Both the position numbers and the translations under genes were made by a program. Source: Fistulifera solaris (taxonomy: Eukaryota). From it: DNA of 64,000 bases. The notes below the pieces were generated by a model that made no database searches, was not told the origin of the DNA, and saw nothing but the letters and a program-made list of their open reading frames with translations. The stretch is taken from the NCBI GenBank assembly GCA_030295235.1, contig AP026124.1, positions 930,001-994,000 on the forward strand. The letters are read 5' to 3'. Positions 36,643 to 49,292 of this stretch are shown one piece after another (position 1 is the first letter of the stretch; each line of letters begins with the position of its first letter).

Positions 36643-38574
36643 TTATCCATGGGAGGCCGGATTCTTCAGACAAAAGGTACCGCCCCAAGAAGGATTGAGC
36701 AATGATCTTACATACTGGCTGTGTGACAGTGACTCGGTCGCATTACGGCATAATCTACGGACCAATTCATAATCGTGTTGTAACAAACAATGCACATGTG
36801 CGCACGGGTAGGCATACATGTCGGAATAGAAGCAACAGCACTTGATGACAGGCTGACCATTGTGTTGTGCAACTTTGACTATGTGTTCTGTGGTAGTCGC
36901 ACCTTGTCTTGAATTAATACTTGCGCCAAAAGTCGTTGTCATAGATGTAGGTCCGTGATTTGGTGCAGCGAGAAGATTTCTCTTTGCCGTCGCTGAATAA
37001 GCGAGCTCCAACGCTTAGAAGTGACACACCATCCGTCCTTTCCACAACTTCAAAGTAGCTCAATAGTTTCTTTGGCAACCTGTAGCCACATTGAAATAGC
37101 TACTGCAGGTGGACTTGAGCGTATGTTGTGGTGCGCTAACCAAGAGCATGCCGATTCCACACGATTTGTTCGGCAGAATCCATACAGTGGCATTTTAATA
37201 CCAAATGGAATCTCATCCTTTAGGTGTCTTGTGTTAAATTCATTCCACGAGAGAATCTCTCCTAATAAGACCTGCGTAAAAAGTGCAGTAGTCTTCGTGC
37301 CATTCACTATCGGGGTAACTTGCCAAGTTTCCAAACACACACCAGTGTCGTGGATGGATGCCTTCGACAAGATACCGGACAATGTCAACTCCGTCCTCCG
37401 GTCGGAGATTGATAATGTTTTCACATGCGCTAATGAAGGATCCAACACTCCGGGGCGCTTTTGCATATCACCAACAAGATTACGCACAGTAGCGGTCTCT
37501 GGGTTACTAGCCTTCAGATCAAATATGTGAGCCAGATTGCGATTAATATGCTCAAGACAGTATTTGATTGAAATTTTAATGTTGTACCGATCAAGCAAAA
37601 CTTTAGCTGCACCCAAAATGTGGCCTCTGTCGGTAAAAATAGGAATGCTTTCAATATCAATGCCTGCTGCGCGCAATGATAGCAAAACAAATACAAAGTG
37701 TTCCACACTTTCGGTAGGGACCCACGCTATTCCGATTTGGATATTACCACCCGACCCGTCAGCGGCCACAATTGGAATAAGAACTCCGCCATAAGAGTGT
37801 GTTTTGCTAAAAGTTCCGTCAATGAATAATGCCGGGATGCAAAGCTTTTTAAATACATGCGCTGCATCTGGGATGGTAACAAAAGCACGGTAGAAGCAAT
37901 TCATATCATCTGTCTGAAGAACAGCTAGCAGTATTGTTGAGCTCGGCGTAGCGCCTGAGATAGGAAGGAAGAAGCAAAAGCCTCAAACTATCATCCTGAC
38001 GAAGCAGTGCACGAAAATATAGCTTCAAGCGAGTGAACTGGTTTCCATTGATTGGAAAAGTGTAGCCGGCATTCAAGAGCATTTGTTGAGCTTTTGCACG
38101 GTTTGATGCGTTTTCAAAATTTTTTGAGCGAAGTGCGATTTCGAAGAATTGGTAGAGCAAGGGGCAACTCTTCAAATATTCCATTGCTTTTCCATCGAGT
38201 TTGCCCTTTTCATTTAGAGCAAGTGCTTTTGTGGGCTGGCAACTGATGCAGTGGAGAAATGTGGACTCCTCCGTGAGAATAACGCTATTCTCACTTTTAT
38301 CTTTTCGGAACTTGAGGCAAAAACCCTTGTTGGGGTCGATAGTCTGACAGTTCTGGCAATAATATGTGGGATACTTTGAACTTTGCTTCTGGCAACGTGT
38401 TAACTCGTTCCCTTCATACCACATCGAAATACCCCGCATGAGTTCGGAATGATCTCCACGAGCAATTGGTCTGTTCAGAAGATGTAGACGGTAATTGAAC
38501 GGATTCACGCATTCAAAGCCATATCGTTCCATGATAGGCATGTATACAAATGGGCTGCTGATTGTAAACGACAT
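36643..38574 (-). CDS. MULE transposase (DBD + DDE + SWIM), interrupted by at least 2 frame breaks
   Basis: N-terminal YYC..C..FC..H.C WRKY/MuDR-like DBD; LFIDGTF (D1); IFTDRG (D2); YCLEHINRNL (CxxH); TNRVESAC (E); CCC..YPCAH SWIM. Confidence 0.88.
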
Positions 38575-38757
38575 TTACGTGAAGGAAATGAGGAGATAAG
38601 CAGGGGAAGTGATGGCGATGGAAGGGTCAACAGCGACGAAGGATAAACCAGACGCAAACAATGTTGGCCATCCGACTTGGTGAAAAAATGGTTACTCGTA
38701 ACGCACGTTTATACGTATTGAAACTCGGGTACGTTTGCACATGATCTCTCCGGATAA

Positions 38758-39017
38758 TCGGGCCATTGGCAATCCGATGAACCGAAAGTCGGGCCAGAGA
38801 AATCTCGGTGAGCCGAAAATCGGGCTACAAAACTTACTAGAGAGCCGAAAATCGGGCTAGTCGAAAATCGGGAAAGCGTAGAGTTTGTGTAGATTAATGT
38901 ACCGGCCCAAAGTTGTTCGAAAGTCGGGATTGTACACTAATGAAAAATGTCAAGTCATCGGTTCGAAACTCGGGACGGACAAAGGGGTCAAGACCGAAAA
39001 GAGGATTTCCCCGTTTC
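38758..39017 (-). repeat. Right TIR of MULE
   Basis: Ends GAGGATTTCCCCGTTTC; inverted copy of 34594-34854. Confidence 0.95.
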
Positions 39018-39260
39018 TAAGATGGACTTTTAGCTTGTCGTACCACTAGTCGCAACGGACTTCAGCTGCCGGCGACTACTGTACGTCATCCCTTCTACGT
39101 CTACTACGGTACCAGGTACCGGTACCGGTACCTGGTACAGTACCTGGGGCCGAAATTGCCACCAACGTTACGCACCATCAAAAGAGAACAAAAACAAGCA
39201 ACACAACATACCGTTCATGTCGTGTTACAATTTGCGGTTTGTTGACCCCTATTCAATACT

Positions 39261-40756
39261 ATGCCCAAAAATGATGACTCAAATATAGTTTCAGATTTAC
39301 CGGAAGACTGGGAGCGATGCCATGCTTTTATGGAAAGAAGAAGCGATTCTGTCGACAGCAGCGAGCGTCCGACAGTTCTTACTGTGGCAATCATCAACAT
39401 TTGGCTACCACTATCAACACAAAGCGCAAACGCGTTCCTTGCCCGTTAGATTCGTCACATCTTGTGTTTGAAGATTCCATTGAAAAGCACGTCTTAGTAT
39501 GTCCTAAAGCAACGAAGCAGAAAGATCAAGAACGGCAGTTTTTCTATCAGTCCAACATTAATGCGGGAGGTCACGGAATGCTTGTTGAAAGCGCAAGGTC
39601 TATCGATTTGACTCGAGCGAAGCGTCTTGCGCAGCGAATAGTATCCGTACATGTGCAAATCTTTGGTGGGGGTACTTCCTTTGCCGGAATTAACGAAGCA
39701 ACGGAACTCCTCGACTTGTCCGAGCCTGAAATGACGAAAGGTCTGCCGGAAGCCATTGCGGTTCATCGAATTAGATCGGGAGGATATCGTCACGTTCTTC
39801 AACAAGCCAGTCTTCTGGGACATTTGCGACGGATCGGAGCTTATCAAACTACTACAAAACGACGACGCCTCATTGAACTCGGTGCTGGAAGAGGAATGTC
39901 GGGACTTATTATGGCGGCAGCGTCGTCTGGTTCGGGTGTTACGACGGATTTGATTCTGGTGGAACGAAGTGGTTCGAGAGGAAAAGCGGACAAAATATTG
40001 AGAACCTTTACTACGAAGGAAACGACTTATCCATTTGATTTGAAGTCGGTCTCGTGGAAGCGTGTGCAGTGTGATATCGCTCATGTGGACTTGGTGTCTC
40101 TTCTGAATCATCATCCCAGATATAATGACGCTCATCAAATGAGTGAAGATTCAACAGACGAACTAGTTGTGGTGGCAAAGCACCTTTGTGGCGTGGGCAG
40201 TGATCTGGCATTAAAGTCATTGTATCCGATACGCTCTCGCGTCACAGCTTGTATATTTGCAACGTGTTGCCATGGTGTATGTTCTTGGAATGGATATGTC
40301 GGCCGCGATTATCTTCGAAAAGCGGTACAAACAGAAGAATTGCCTTTCGGAGAAGCCGAGTTTGATCTTGTGCGAAAATGGGCCGGAGCAGTCGTAATGG
40401 AACCCACAATCGACGGCTCGGATGATGATGAGGGAGACGATAATCGTCATTATACATCTCCCGGCAATGATAAGAATGACCTATTGAAAAGCGTAAGCAT
40501 CACTGCTGTTGCAGATGGACTGGACTGTGGCACCCGAGGTCTCAGTCGAGCTTGCCAGCGTTTGATTGACTACGGTCGTCGTGAATATATTCATCAAATT
40601 TTGGGGAATGCATCTGATTTGAATGTTGAAATGCTGCGGTATACACCGGACGAAATTACACCGCAAAATACTGCCCTTATAGGATACCGGAAGAGTCTAT
40701 CACCGCTGTCGTCGGGGGTAAAGAGGACCGCTAATTCTATGTCCGAGAGCATTTAA
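39261..40756 (+). CDS. TRM13: tRNA:m(4)X 2'-O-methyltransferase TRM13; frameshift near 39335
   Basis: C...KKRFC..YCGNH CCCH finger; RKRVPCPLDSSHLV..KHVLVC CHHC finger; IELGAGRG; AKHLCGVGSDLAL; ATCCH; RLIDYGR; TPQN. Confidence 0.92.
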
Positions 40757-41073
40757 ATGACCTCTTTGTAAATAGTCGTAGTAAACATTTATTACAACTT
40801 TTCGTGCTAGACGAGGTTGGAAAAGTCATGATAGACGCATGATAGGTAGGGAGAATAACTGCGTGCGACAAGGTGACTAATTTTCCCTCCGAACAGGCTT
40901 AACCGTCGGGTCTGAGTCCGTACCTGGCACCTGGTATCAACTCTACCAAGAGCTCTTTCCGACAAACTAAGTGTACCTTCATCCGAAAATAAACACACTA
41001 GCATACCGAATACTCAAACTGAAAATTTAGTAAGAGACCGTTGTACTTTTACAATGTCATCCCTGACAGATAT

Positions 41074-42970
41074 TTAACGCGCCAGTCCAACGGGTTTGTT
41101 CGTCAAGGGTTCACAAGCGGCCCCATCGATCGTACTGGAAACACGTTTATCATTGGCGACAGGTTCGCAACCATCGTTGCTTTGTGCCGGGCGCTTAGCA
41201 GGCCCTCCCTCTTCATTAGATCCTGAACCAATTTTCCTCTTCTCCTTCGCCTTGTCGTTTCGCAGGTCATGGAGCTTTTCAAAGTAGCTGTCGCCAATCA
41301 CCTGTCCGGTCACATAGTCCCCGCTGAAGCAACTCGAATCAAAGCGATCAAATGATCGCTCTTTCGGGGCAAGCTCCCGCAGGCAATTCTCCAAGTCATT
41401 CAGGTCCTGGTAGACCACCCAATCGCAGCCGATTTTCGCGGCTATTTCTTCTTCATTTCGATTGTACGCGATCAATTCATTTCGTGTGGGTATATCAATG
41501 CCATAAATGTTGGGATAACGGATCGGTGGGGCGGCCGAACAAAAGTATACTTTATTGGCACCTGCATCGCGCGCCATTTGAACGATTTCGTTCGAGGTAG
41601 TACCGCGTACAATGGAATCATCGACCAACAGAACATTCTTGCCTAGAAACTCTCGTTTGATCGTGTTCAACTTGAGACGCACGGACTTTCGCCGCGTGGC
41701 TTGACCAGGCATGATGAACGTGCGCGCAATGTAGCGGTTCTTGATAAATCCTTCACGAAAAGGACGATTCAAAACATAAGCTGCCTGTAAAGCTGATGTT
41801 CGGCTGGTATCAGGAATAGGAATGACCACGTCAATGTCGTGATCCGGGTACTGGCGCAAAATTTTCTTGGCCAATTTCTCTCCCATTTTGAGACGTGACT
41901 CGTAGACGCTGACACCGTCCATGATGGAGTCTGGTCTTGCAAAATAAACATACTCAAAGATGCAAGGCGAAAGAACCGATTTCGAGTGAACCATGCGGCT
42001 ATGGCAATTGCCTTCCATGTCCATGAAAATGACTTCGCCGGGTCGCACATCCCTAACAAGAGAACAATTACGTCATGTGAGATGAAAAGAGACGATAACC
42101 AAAGCACACATCGCAAATAATTAGCGTACCGAATTAACTGAAATCCTAGTGTATCAATCGCCACCGATTCACTCGATATGACATAGTCAAGCGATCTCTT
42201 GGCCGTGTCCATATGCGACGGAGTCCTGGGTATTCCTTCGTCGTCAAACGTCTCATCCGTGACCGTTGGAGACCGACGACAACCGAACACCAGAGGACGA
42301 ATACCATTTGGATCGCGAAAGCCGACGAGACCAAATCCGTTGACCAAATACAACCCCGCGTATCCGCCTTCGGTTTTGTGCATGACCGAACCGACAGCAC
42401 TGAAAATGGCTTCTTTCATGTTGAGCTGGTCCTTTCCCACTGCCAAAGTTTCTCTCGTCAATTCTTCCGAAAACAAGTTCAAGAGCAATTCAGAATCACT
42501 GTCCGTATTGACGTGTCGGCCAATCTCCGTCAATTGCTTGGCAATTTGTTCCGTATTCGTCAAGTTTCCGTTGTGCGCTACACAAATTCCGTAGGGGTAA
42601 TTGGTATACAGCGGTTGTGCTTCGGCACAAGAACTGGTTCCGGCAGTAGGATAACGGCAATGACCGACTCCGAGATGTCCCCGCAGCTCCACCATGTGAT
42701 GTTGATGAAAGACATCTTTCACCAATCCGTTGTCCTTGCGCAAATGCAAACGTCCTCCTTCCGAAGTGACCATTCCTGCAGCATCTTGTCCGCGGTGCTG
42801 CAAGACGGTAAGTCCGTCAAATATCATTTGATTGACCTGTGAAAGTAACGATGATCGTGTGAGCGGAAATTTCATAATTTTCGAATCGTACGAGCGTGAT
42901 TTGCGCATTGCTTTCATTTACTTACATGTTCCTTCTCGTTTGCTAAGAGTAGACCAATAATACCACACAT
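41074..42970 (-). CDS. purF: Amidophosphoribosyltransferase; introns 42837-42925 and 42053-42129
   Basis: N-terminal MCGIIG, LQHRGQDAAG, GHCRYPTAG, HNGNLTN, CIFEYVYFARPDS and LLVDDSIVRGTT. Confidence 0.97.
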
Positions 42971-43400
42971 AATGGATCTCTTTCGTTGCGGACGAAACGA
43001 GATTAATTCTGAGAGACCTTTTGATGACCGAAAAGCGAAATACTTGTCCTTTCCATGAAGATTCTCGAGTGGATGCGGTGCAATGGCTTTTTTTTTTCTG
43101 TTTCGGCGTTATTTTCCTTGGTTGGAGAAAATTTTCGCACCGCCACGCAGGTCAGACGGAAGGGACATGCGACAAAAGATCTCGCGTCTTTTTTGACCTC
43201 TGGCTGGTACCGGTACCGTACCGGTACATTTCTCTACGGTGTCCTACTGCGCAGGGGGAGAATGACCCCCGCCTCATTCATTTCTTTTCCCGCACCTTTC
43301 TTCTTATTTTGATGAACACATAATACTTGTATAGCTCAAGTTTACAACACTGTCAGCGAACAAGGATTATACTTTCGAACAGGAAGAAGAGCTACAAAAG

Positions 43401-45061
43401 ATGAACGAAGAGCTACTCGAACTCATTCCAGTCGACCAGTTCACGGAGCATCAAGAAAAAATGCTAGAGTTGGACATGTGCTATCCGGTCGAATTGTATC
43501 GATTTTCTCGCAAGCCTTCCAGTTTGAATGAGGTCAGCTTTAATTCAAACAAATCTATCTCGATTTGGCGTGACAATGGAACTGTCATCTGCTTGGGCGG
43601 TGACGCTCACGAAAAGTACTGTGAGCGATGCATTTGCTTTGATATCTCACACGGTGAGATTACTCGTCAGGTTGCCATCTACGGCATTGCTGACGATTAC
43701 GACGAAGAATATACACAAAGCGACGCGGGGATGGCGGAGACGACCGCCTTCTTCTGGTCTTTGAAGGACCTTGAAGCAGACATATCCATTCTCGAGATCT
43801 TTATTCACGGCAGCGAGGATCAAATCTCTTCCCCTTTTTCGTTGGAGGCACTTCAACCACACCAGCTCGCCTCTATCCTGGACGCAAATCCAACACGGAC
43901 ATTCGATATTCGATGCGGTCCTTTGACCCCGGAGCAGTCCGAGATTCTGGCAACTCGGCCGTATCCTTTGAAACTCAAATTTGGCGAGTCACTTGTGACC
44001 AATGAAGATCAATTTCATTTTCAAGATAAAGATAAGGGACGCGCATTTGTGGATGCGCTTGAGAAGCGTCAACCGCTTTTCTTTGGATCACTTTCGATTG
44101 ATCTCAGCATCTTTGATGAGATTCCTTTCGGCCCTGACGAGTTGAAACGTCTTTTAGAGCTGGATATATCTTATGATAAACTTGCGATCGCTAACGTTAT
44201 CCGGGATAAAAAGTCAGTCCTCCTACCATTCTCCGTCAAGGCAAACAGTCTCGAATGCAAGATTGAGGCACAGCGTTTTCAGGCGAATGCTTTCGATTCC
44301 CTGAATATCATCACGAGAGACCTTCGACTGATGATCGATCTAATCAACGTGACCGACTGGGAAATGTATTTGACTTTGTTCTTCAATCGAGTAGCCGTAT
44401 TGGGTCATTTTCAAAAACTGAACCTCTTGTTTGATTGTCGTCGATCTTATAGAGAGACTCAGTTATTTGAATTCGAAAGAATTGTATCGATTACGAAAGC
44501 ATTGCTACATGCAGTGAACTCTAATCCAAATCTTTCGCACTTGGATTTGAGCGATGATTCCTCGAAAATAGACTGGGTTCCACATTTGAAGGATATTTTT
44601 GAGGGCATAGAAGCGCACAAAGGGTTGCGTTTCCTCGTGGTGGAAAGTTACCCATGGACTGACGACCCCGACTACACGTGGTTGAAGCGTCTACTTTCTC
44701 GAAACCGGACGATCACAGTCTTGGATGATACAGGCACAATAATTTCTGACGGATCCAGTGTTGACGAGCTTTATTCGCTGAACCGTTTCTATAACGGTTC
44801 GAAAGCCCTTCGAAGGATTCTGCGTCCCTTCGTCGAGAGCTGGTGACGAAGACACTTCTCGAAAGCGCCTCAAATTGCTTCCAGCGCAGTGCTTTGCTGT
44901 TGTTTCATCTCACAGATGTGTTGTGCGACTTTCTTCCAGACGATGATTCGAACCAAGACGAAGGTATTGCCTCACAGACTTTGTCGGAAGCGACCGAATT
45001 TCCCGACTCTATTCCTTGTGATTTGGTTGAGACAGCGCCCAAAAAGATGCGTGCATTGTAA
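43401..45061 (+). CDS. Intronless RNI/LRR-like hypothetical protein of a probably lineage-expanded family; frameshift near 44810
   Basis: Degenerate LRR-like repeats (NPNLSHLDLS, HKGLRFL, LLSRNRTITV, LYSLNRFY); C-terminus continues in 44843-45061. Confidence 0.6.
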
Positions 45062-45385
45062 TAGAACTAAATAGGGCAAGTAGAACAGATTATTTGTGAG
45101 CATGGTTTCAAATTTTCGTAATGGGTCGCTTCAAGAATTCAGCTATATTTTTGTGTGGCACTTGTTCCTGGTACTCTACCACTATCGACGCTTCTGTCAT
45201 CCGGCACCCTGCCGGTACCCACCACATAGCACCTTGTTTTGATGTTGAAGCCATCCGACATCCGACACCCGACATCCGATCATCAAACAAATAAATAAAA
45301 CAATACTAAAAAGGCTACAAACATTGCATGTTTTCCTCTCAATCTTTCTTGTGTGTTAGTGAAGCTTCTCCTTTCCGTGATCACC

Positions 45386-46936
45386 ATGAAGGACGCGAAA
45401 TTGCTTTGGGTTTTCTACTGGATCACGACACTGACACAAGTTGATGCCTATCATTCTTCTGTGTCGTCGCCGCGTCGGCGTGTGTCACCTTGCAAGCAAC
45501 AAAACCACGAGTCGGACGTCAGAATCGCGTTCAGGAACTACTAGATTGGGCTAAAAATACAGCAGATATCAAAGCAGGTGGTATTGAGTTGAAGTCATCT
45601 CCGGAATCGGGGCTTGGATGGTTTGCTACTCGAACGATTCCGGCGAATTCTGTGCTTTTATCCGTCCCTTCGGCGCTTGTATTGAGCGTAGAAGGAACCG
45701 ATGGACCGCCACAAGTCGAGAAACTGGTCGACCGGAGTATTGTACGCACACTGCCTTGGTACGCACGCATGTCACTTTATTTGCACTATCTATCCGAGAA
45801 GGATCCCACCATTTCGGTGTCAATGTCCAACCTTGGTTGGATTCGTTACCGGCTCAATTTGATACGCCGCTGCATTGGGATTCTCTTAAGGAATTACAGT
45901 ATCCGTACATGGAAGTAGCAGTAGCTAAGCAAAGAAGGATTGGGAAGCATATCACAGGCAAGTGCAAGGCTTCCTTTCTTGGGAAGATTTTGTGTGGGGA
46001 TGCGAATGCGCACGCTCGCGAGCCTTTTCCGGTGCCTACTCGGGTGGAGCCTTCAATCCACGTATATATGTCTTCACGTTGCTGCTAGTAACGTTGTATG
46101 TCGGTTTGAATCTTGGTACTTTGGAGCAAGCAGCCAATGGGGCTGGTGTGGTCGTGAGTGCATCTATACTCAAGGACTTTGTTGTGCCCAAGTTATTCAA
46201 GCAGCAAAGGTACATTATTTGTCCAGTCATTGATATGGCGAATCATCAATCTATCGGATCGGGAGGAGAAGTCTCCTTTGAATATTTCGCAAATGCCTAC
46301 AGTCTCGCAAGCTCAAAAGAAATTCCGGCGGGAAAAGAGGTCACTATTTCCTACGGACAACGTTCTAACGATCAGTTGCTGCAGTACTACGGTTTTGTCG
46401 AGCAAGATAATCCTAACGATGTCTATATTCTCCCAGCACTGCGTGAGTGGGATATCGAGACAATTGAAAAGAAGTGCGGGCGTAAGGTTGCTGCAGGCCG
46501 ACTCGCCAAGCTTGAACGGGCTGGTCTGCTGGGAAGCACAGTCGAGAATGCTGCTGTGGAATCAAATGAAGAGGCTGCAAATGCAGCGGGTGGAGTTGTG
46601 GTAAAGCGCGGCTCGGGAATTGATCCGGCTGTATTGCAAGCCCTCCGAGCTTTACTGTCCACAGATGAAGAGTGGTCTGTTGCGAGTGAAGCGATAGGCA
46701 ACTTTGTCGAACCCGTCAATTCGGAAAATGAAAGATGTGCTCGGATCGCCGCAAGAACTGCTCTTGAACAAGAACTATCGAAAAAAGCTACGACTCTCGA
46801 AGAGGACGAGACGTTGCTGCAGCGAATGGAAAGTATGAAGAAAGCAACGGATGCTAGTGTTGAAGACTTCCTAGCCATTCAATTTCGAATAGAAAAGAAG
46901 AAATTACTTCAGGAAACGATCGACAGACTGAGATGA
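45386..46936 (+). CDS. Rubisco-LSMT-like SET-domain methyltransferase with presequence; several frameshifts
   Basis: GLGWFATRTI..LLSVP; WLDSLP..TPLHW; ARSRAF; PVIDMANH; EVTISYGQRSNDQLLQYYGFV; FRIEKKKLL. Confidence 0.88.
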
Positions 46937-47004
46937 TAATTAGGTCGGATCATGTTAGCTGTTATTAAATTATAACTTCGATAGAGAGTATCCAGTTTTT
47001 GGTA

Positions 47005-48216
47005 TCAGCGAGACGCTGTTGATGTATGTCGTCGCAATCGGGGAACAAGTAAAGACCCGATGATCAATTGAAGCGGGTGCAGAAACATGATTGGTGCGCA
47101 GTAGGCGGCCAAATTAGGATTGCCCTCAAATACAGTATTGATCAACGGCAATCCGAATGCCAAAGTCTTTTGCGCAGCACAAAACATGGAAGCGACAACT
47201 TCACCGCGCGAAAATCCAAATGCTGGGATGGAGAAAAATGCAAAGACCGTTGCTAACGATACGACATGAAGAACTGGTAGCAACAGCAAAAGCCCGATCC
47301 CACTCTGCAATTCAAGCCCAATGTTTTCCGAAATGGCTGTGCAGAATGCATTCCAAAGGATACTTAGCAAAATGACTTCCTGTAGCCGCTTGAAAAATTT
47401 CGGGTGCTTGTTGTATAAGTCTTTTGCTTTCGTCGCTCTTAACATTTGGCCGATTGTAACAGGTAGTAACACTTTATTCGCAAGCTTGACCAGCATTTCC
47501 ATAAAGGGTAAAGAGATCTGAGACCCAAAGAAACGAAACAAGAGAAAGGGTGTCGCAAAAATTCCCCCAAGATTACTGACGACAGCATTGCAGAGTGCAC
47601 TAGCCACATTCCCTCCTGAAGCAGAAGTGAGAATCACATTCATATTGACAGTGGTAGGTAGACATGTCAGTATTAAGAGACCTTCAGTTAAAGACCGAGG
47701 AAATATGCCAGGAAGGAAAGCATTCAAAAACGACGTTAGTGGAACCCCGACGAGAAAAGGCCACACGGCAAATATGATTGTTTGAACGAACGTGTTTAAC
47801 TTGACGCTGGCGAACGCTTTCGTCAGCTGTGATAATTCCAACGAAAGTCCAGAGAAAAGAAAGACTGCGGCGACTCCGTATTTTCCGATGATCAATTCTG
47901 GTTTTAGAATTCCTCCTGTTTTCCCAAGCGAAGGAAATGCTCGGGCAAATCCCACAGCAAAGAACATGCCCATAAGAAAGAAGTTTTTTTCGATAAAACT
48001 TGCTATTCTCGTGAGTTTTGGAGTAAGTGAATCTTCCTGCTCCAAGCTGGCGGAAAGAAATACGCGATCATTCGGTACACGATGAAAAATAAGGGGTCGT
48101 TCTTTGCGTAATGAGCTGGGGAACGCTTTCGGATTGCGCGGGTTGTTAGAGAACCCTTCCGCTGCAACCCAGCATCCCAGTGCGTATAAGGTTAGTACGG
48201 GGAACGCTCCTTTCAT
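47005..48216 (-). CDS. Sodium/bile-acid symporter family transporter (SLC10A7/BASS4-like), probably plastid-targeted
   Basis: [43 protein letters not shown] and HPLQL motifs; signal peptide then AEG-F. Confidence 0.88.
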   Translation of the reverse strand: MKGAFPVLTLYALGCWVAAEGFSNNPRNPKAFPSSLRKERPLIFHRVPNDRVFLSASLEQEDSLTPKLTRIASFIEKNFFLMGMFFAVGFARAFPSLGKTGGILKPELIIGKYGVAAVFLFSGLSLELSQLTKAFASVKLNTFVQTIIFAVWPFLVGVPLTSFLNAFLPGIFPRSLTEGLLILTCLPTTVNMNVILTSASGGNVASALCNAVVSNLGGIFATPFLLFRFFGSQISLPFMEMLVKLANKVLLPVTIGQMLRATKAKDLYNKHPKFFKRLQEVILLSILWNAFCTAISENIGLELQSGIGLLLLLPVLHVVSLATVFAFFSIPAFGFSRGEVVASMFCAAQKTLAFGLPLINTVFEGNPNLAAYCAPIMFLHPLQLIIGSLLVPRLRRHTSTASR

Positions 48217-48358
48217 CGAAAGGCTATCACGTCAATACTTCTTTCTTTTGAAACAATGGAATAATTGAGTATGTGATGGTTATACGTTATACTGACAGCA
48301 AGAAAGACACTCATTCACGAATGATGCGTCTCGAGTCTCGACACCGGGTGCCTGTACA

Positions 48359-48438
48359 GGAAGGACGTTAAAATTCTGCCTCCCAGTACAATATTCTACG
48401 TAGCGTCTATGAGGAGGCCGAATTTTAACGCCGTTTCC
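48359..48438. repeat. ~80 bp hairpin/MITE-like element, copy 1
   Basis: Terminal inverted CGTTAAAATTC / GAATTTTAACG; inverted homolog at 53421-53498. Confidence 0.8.
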
Positions 48439-49219
48439 AGTAGTAGTTTATTACAACGTACTCCGTATTTTCTTTCTCTCGTCGTAATTCGTAATCATCA
48501 CACACCCATCATCCTCTGTGCAAAAGATGGATGCCAGTGTTGATTCCGCGACATCAAGCTCCAGTAGACTTTTAACTTTACATACAACAAGAAGTAGAGG
48601 AAGTGGGAAACATTTTGCAGAAAGATTTCACAAAAGCCCGCCAACGAGGAAAGAAATCATTACTTTTTCATCGGAGTGAGTCGTGTGTTGTGTGATTCAC
48701 GAGACCTGTCTCCATCACGTCGTCGCTGTCACGCCGTCAGCGCATTGAACCATGGGCCAGCAAACAAACGAGCGAGCGCAAAGCAAATGAAAATCAGTTT
48801 GTCGCAGACGAAATCAAAACATGATTTTTTTTCTGTGGTGTTGGATTTTGCGGTCATCGGTCGTTGATGTGTTTGAAGCCATTGTCGTGGGCAAGCGTGG
48901 AACGAGAATGAGAATGAACGAATAGGTGATGGATGGACAGAAAGACGTCGTCGTGAGATTACTTCCAAGCTGCTTTTCTGTATGCTCACAACGTAAGACA
49001 AATAAAGCACAGCGTTTCCGTCTGGCTTGTAGCTGAAGAAAAGGGAATGAATTTGCGAAACAAATGCAAAATGCAATGCCCCTTGTTCGAATGTACAATT
49101 ATTTCTACATCCGATAGACTATAGAGATGCGGAGTAAACAACTACGTAATATTAATCATTCGAGTACCGGAAAGATATTTAGTATTTTTAAATAACAAAC
49201 TCACACAATTATTATCTAA

Positions 49220-49292
49220 TCCGGTATGATGTAGGTGGCTATCATACTTGCCTTTCACGCAGGATACCAGGGTTCGAGTCCCTGTACCGGAA
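49220..49292 (+). tRNA. trnE-UUC: tRNA-Glu (anticodon TTC)
   Basis: Acceptor TCCGGTA/TACCGGA; anticodon arm CTTGC-CT TTC AC-GCAGG (49254-49256); T-loop GGTTCGAGTCC; followed by T-runs. Confidence 0.95.

Larger units (their letters stand above)
34594..39017 (-). mobile_element. Mutator-like (MULE/MuDR) DNA transposon, ~4.4 kb, carrying a Ulp1-like protease
   Basis: ~260 bp terminal inverted repeats enclose a MULE DDE transposase, a SWIM finger and C48 protease coding sequence. Confidence 0.93.

Noticed and set aside
37021..37530. Numerous antisense or overlapping ORFs of 60-210 aa (e.g. here, 39494-40138, 42213-42842)
   Set aside because: They are shadows of well-supported genes on the opposite strand and carry no recognisable motifs.
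40800..40990. Possible C/D snoRNA between the convergent TRM13 and purF genes
   Set aside because: Only degenerate ATGATA and one CTGA, with no terminal stem or identifiable rRNA guide.
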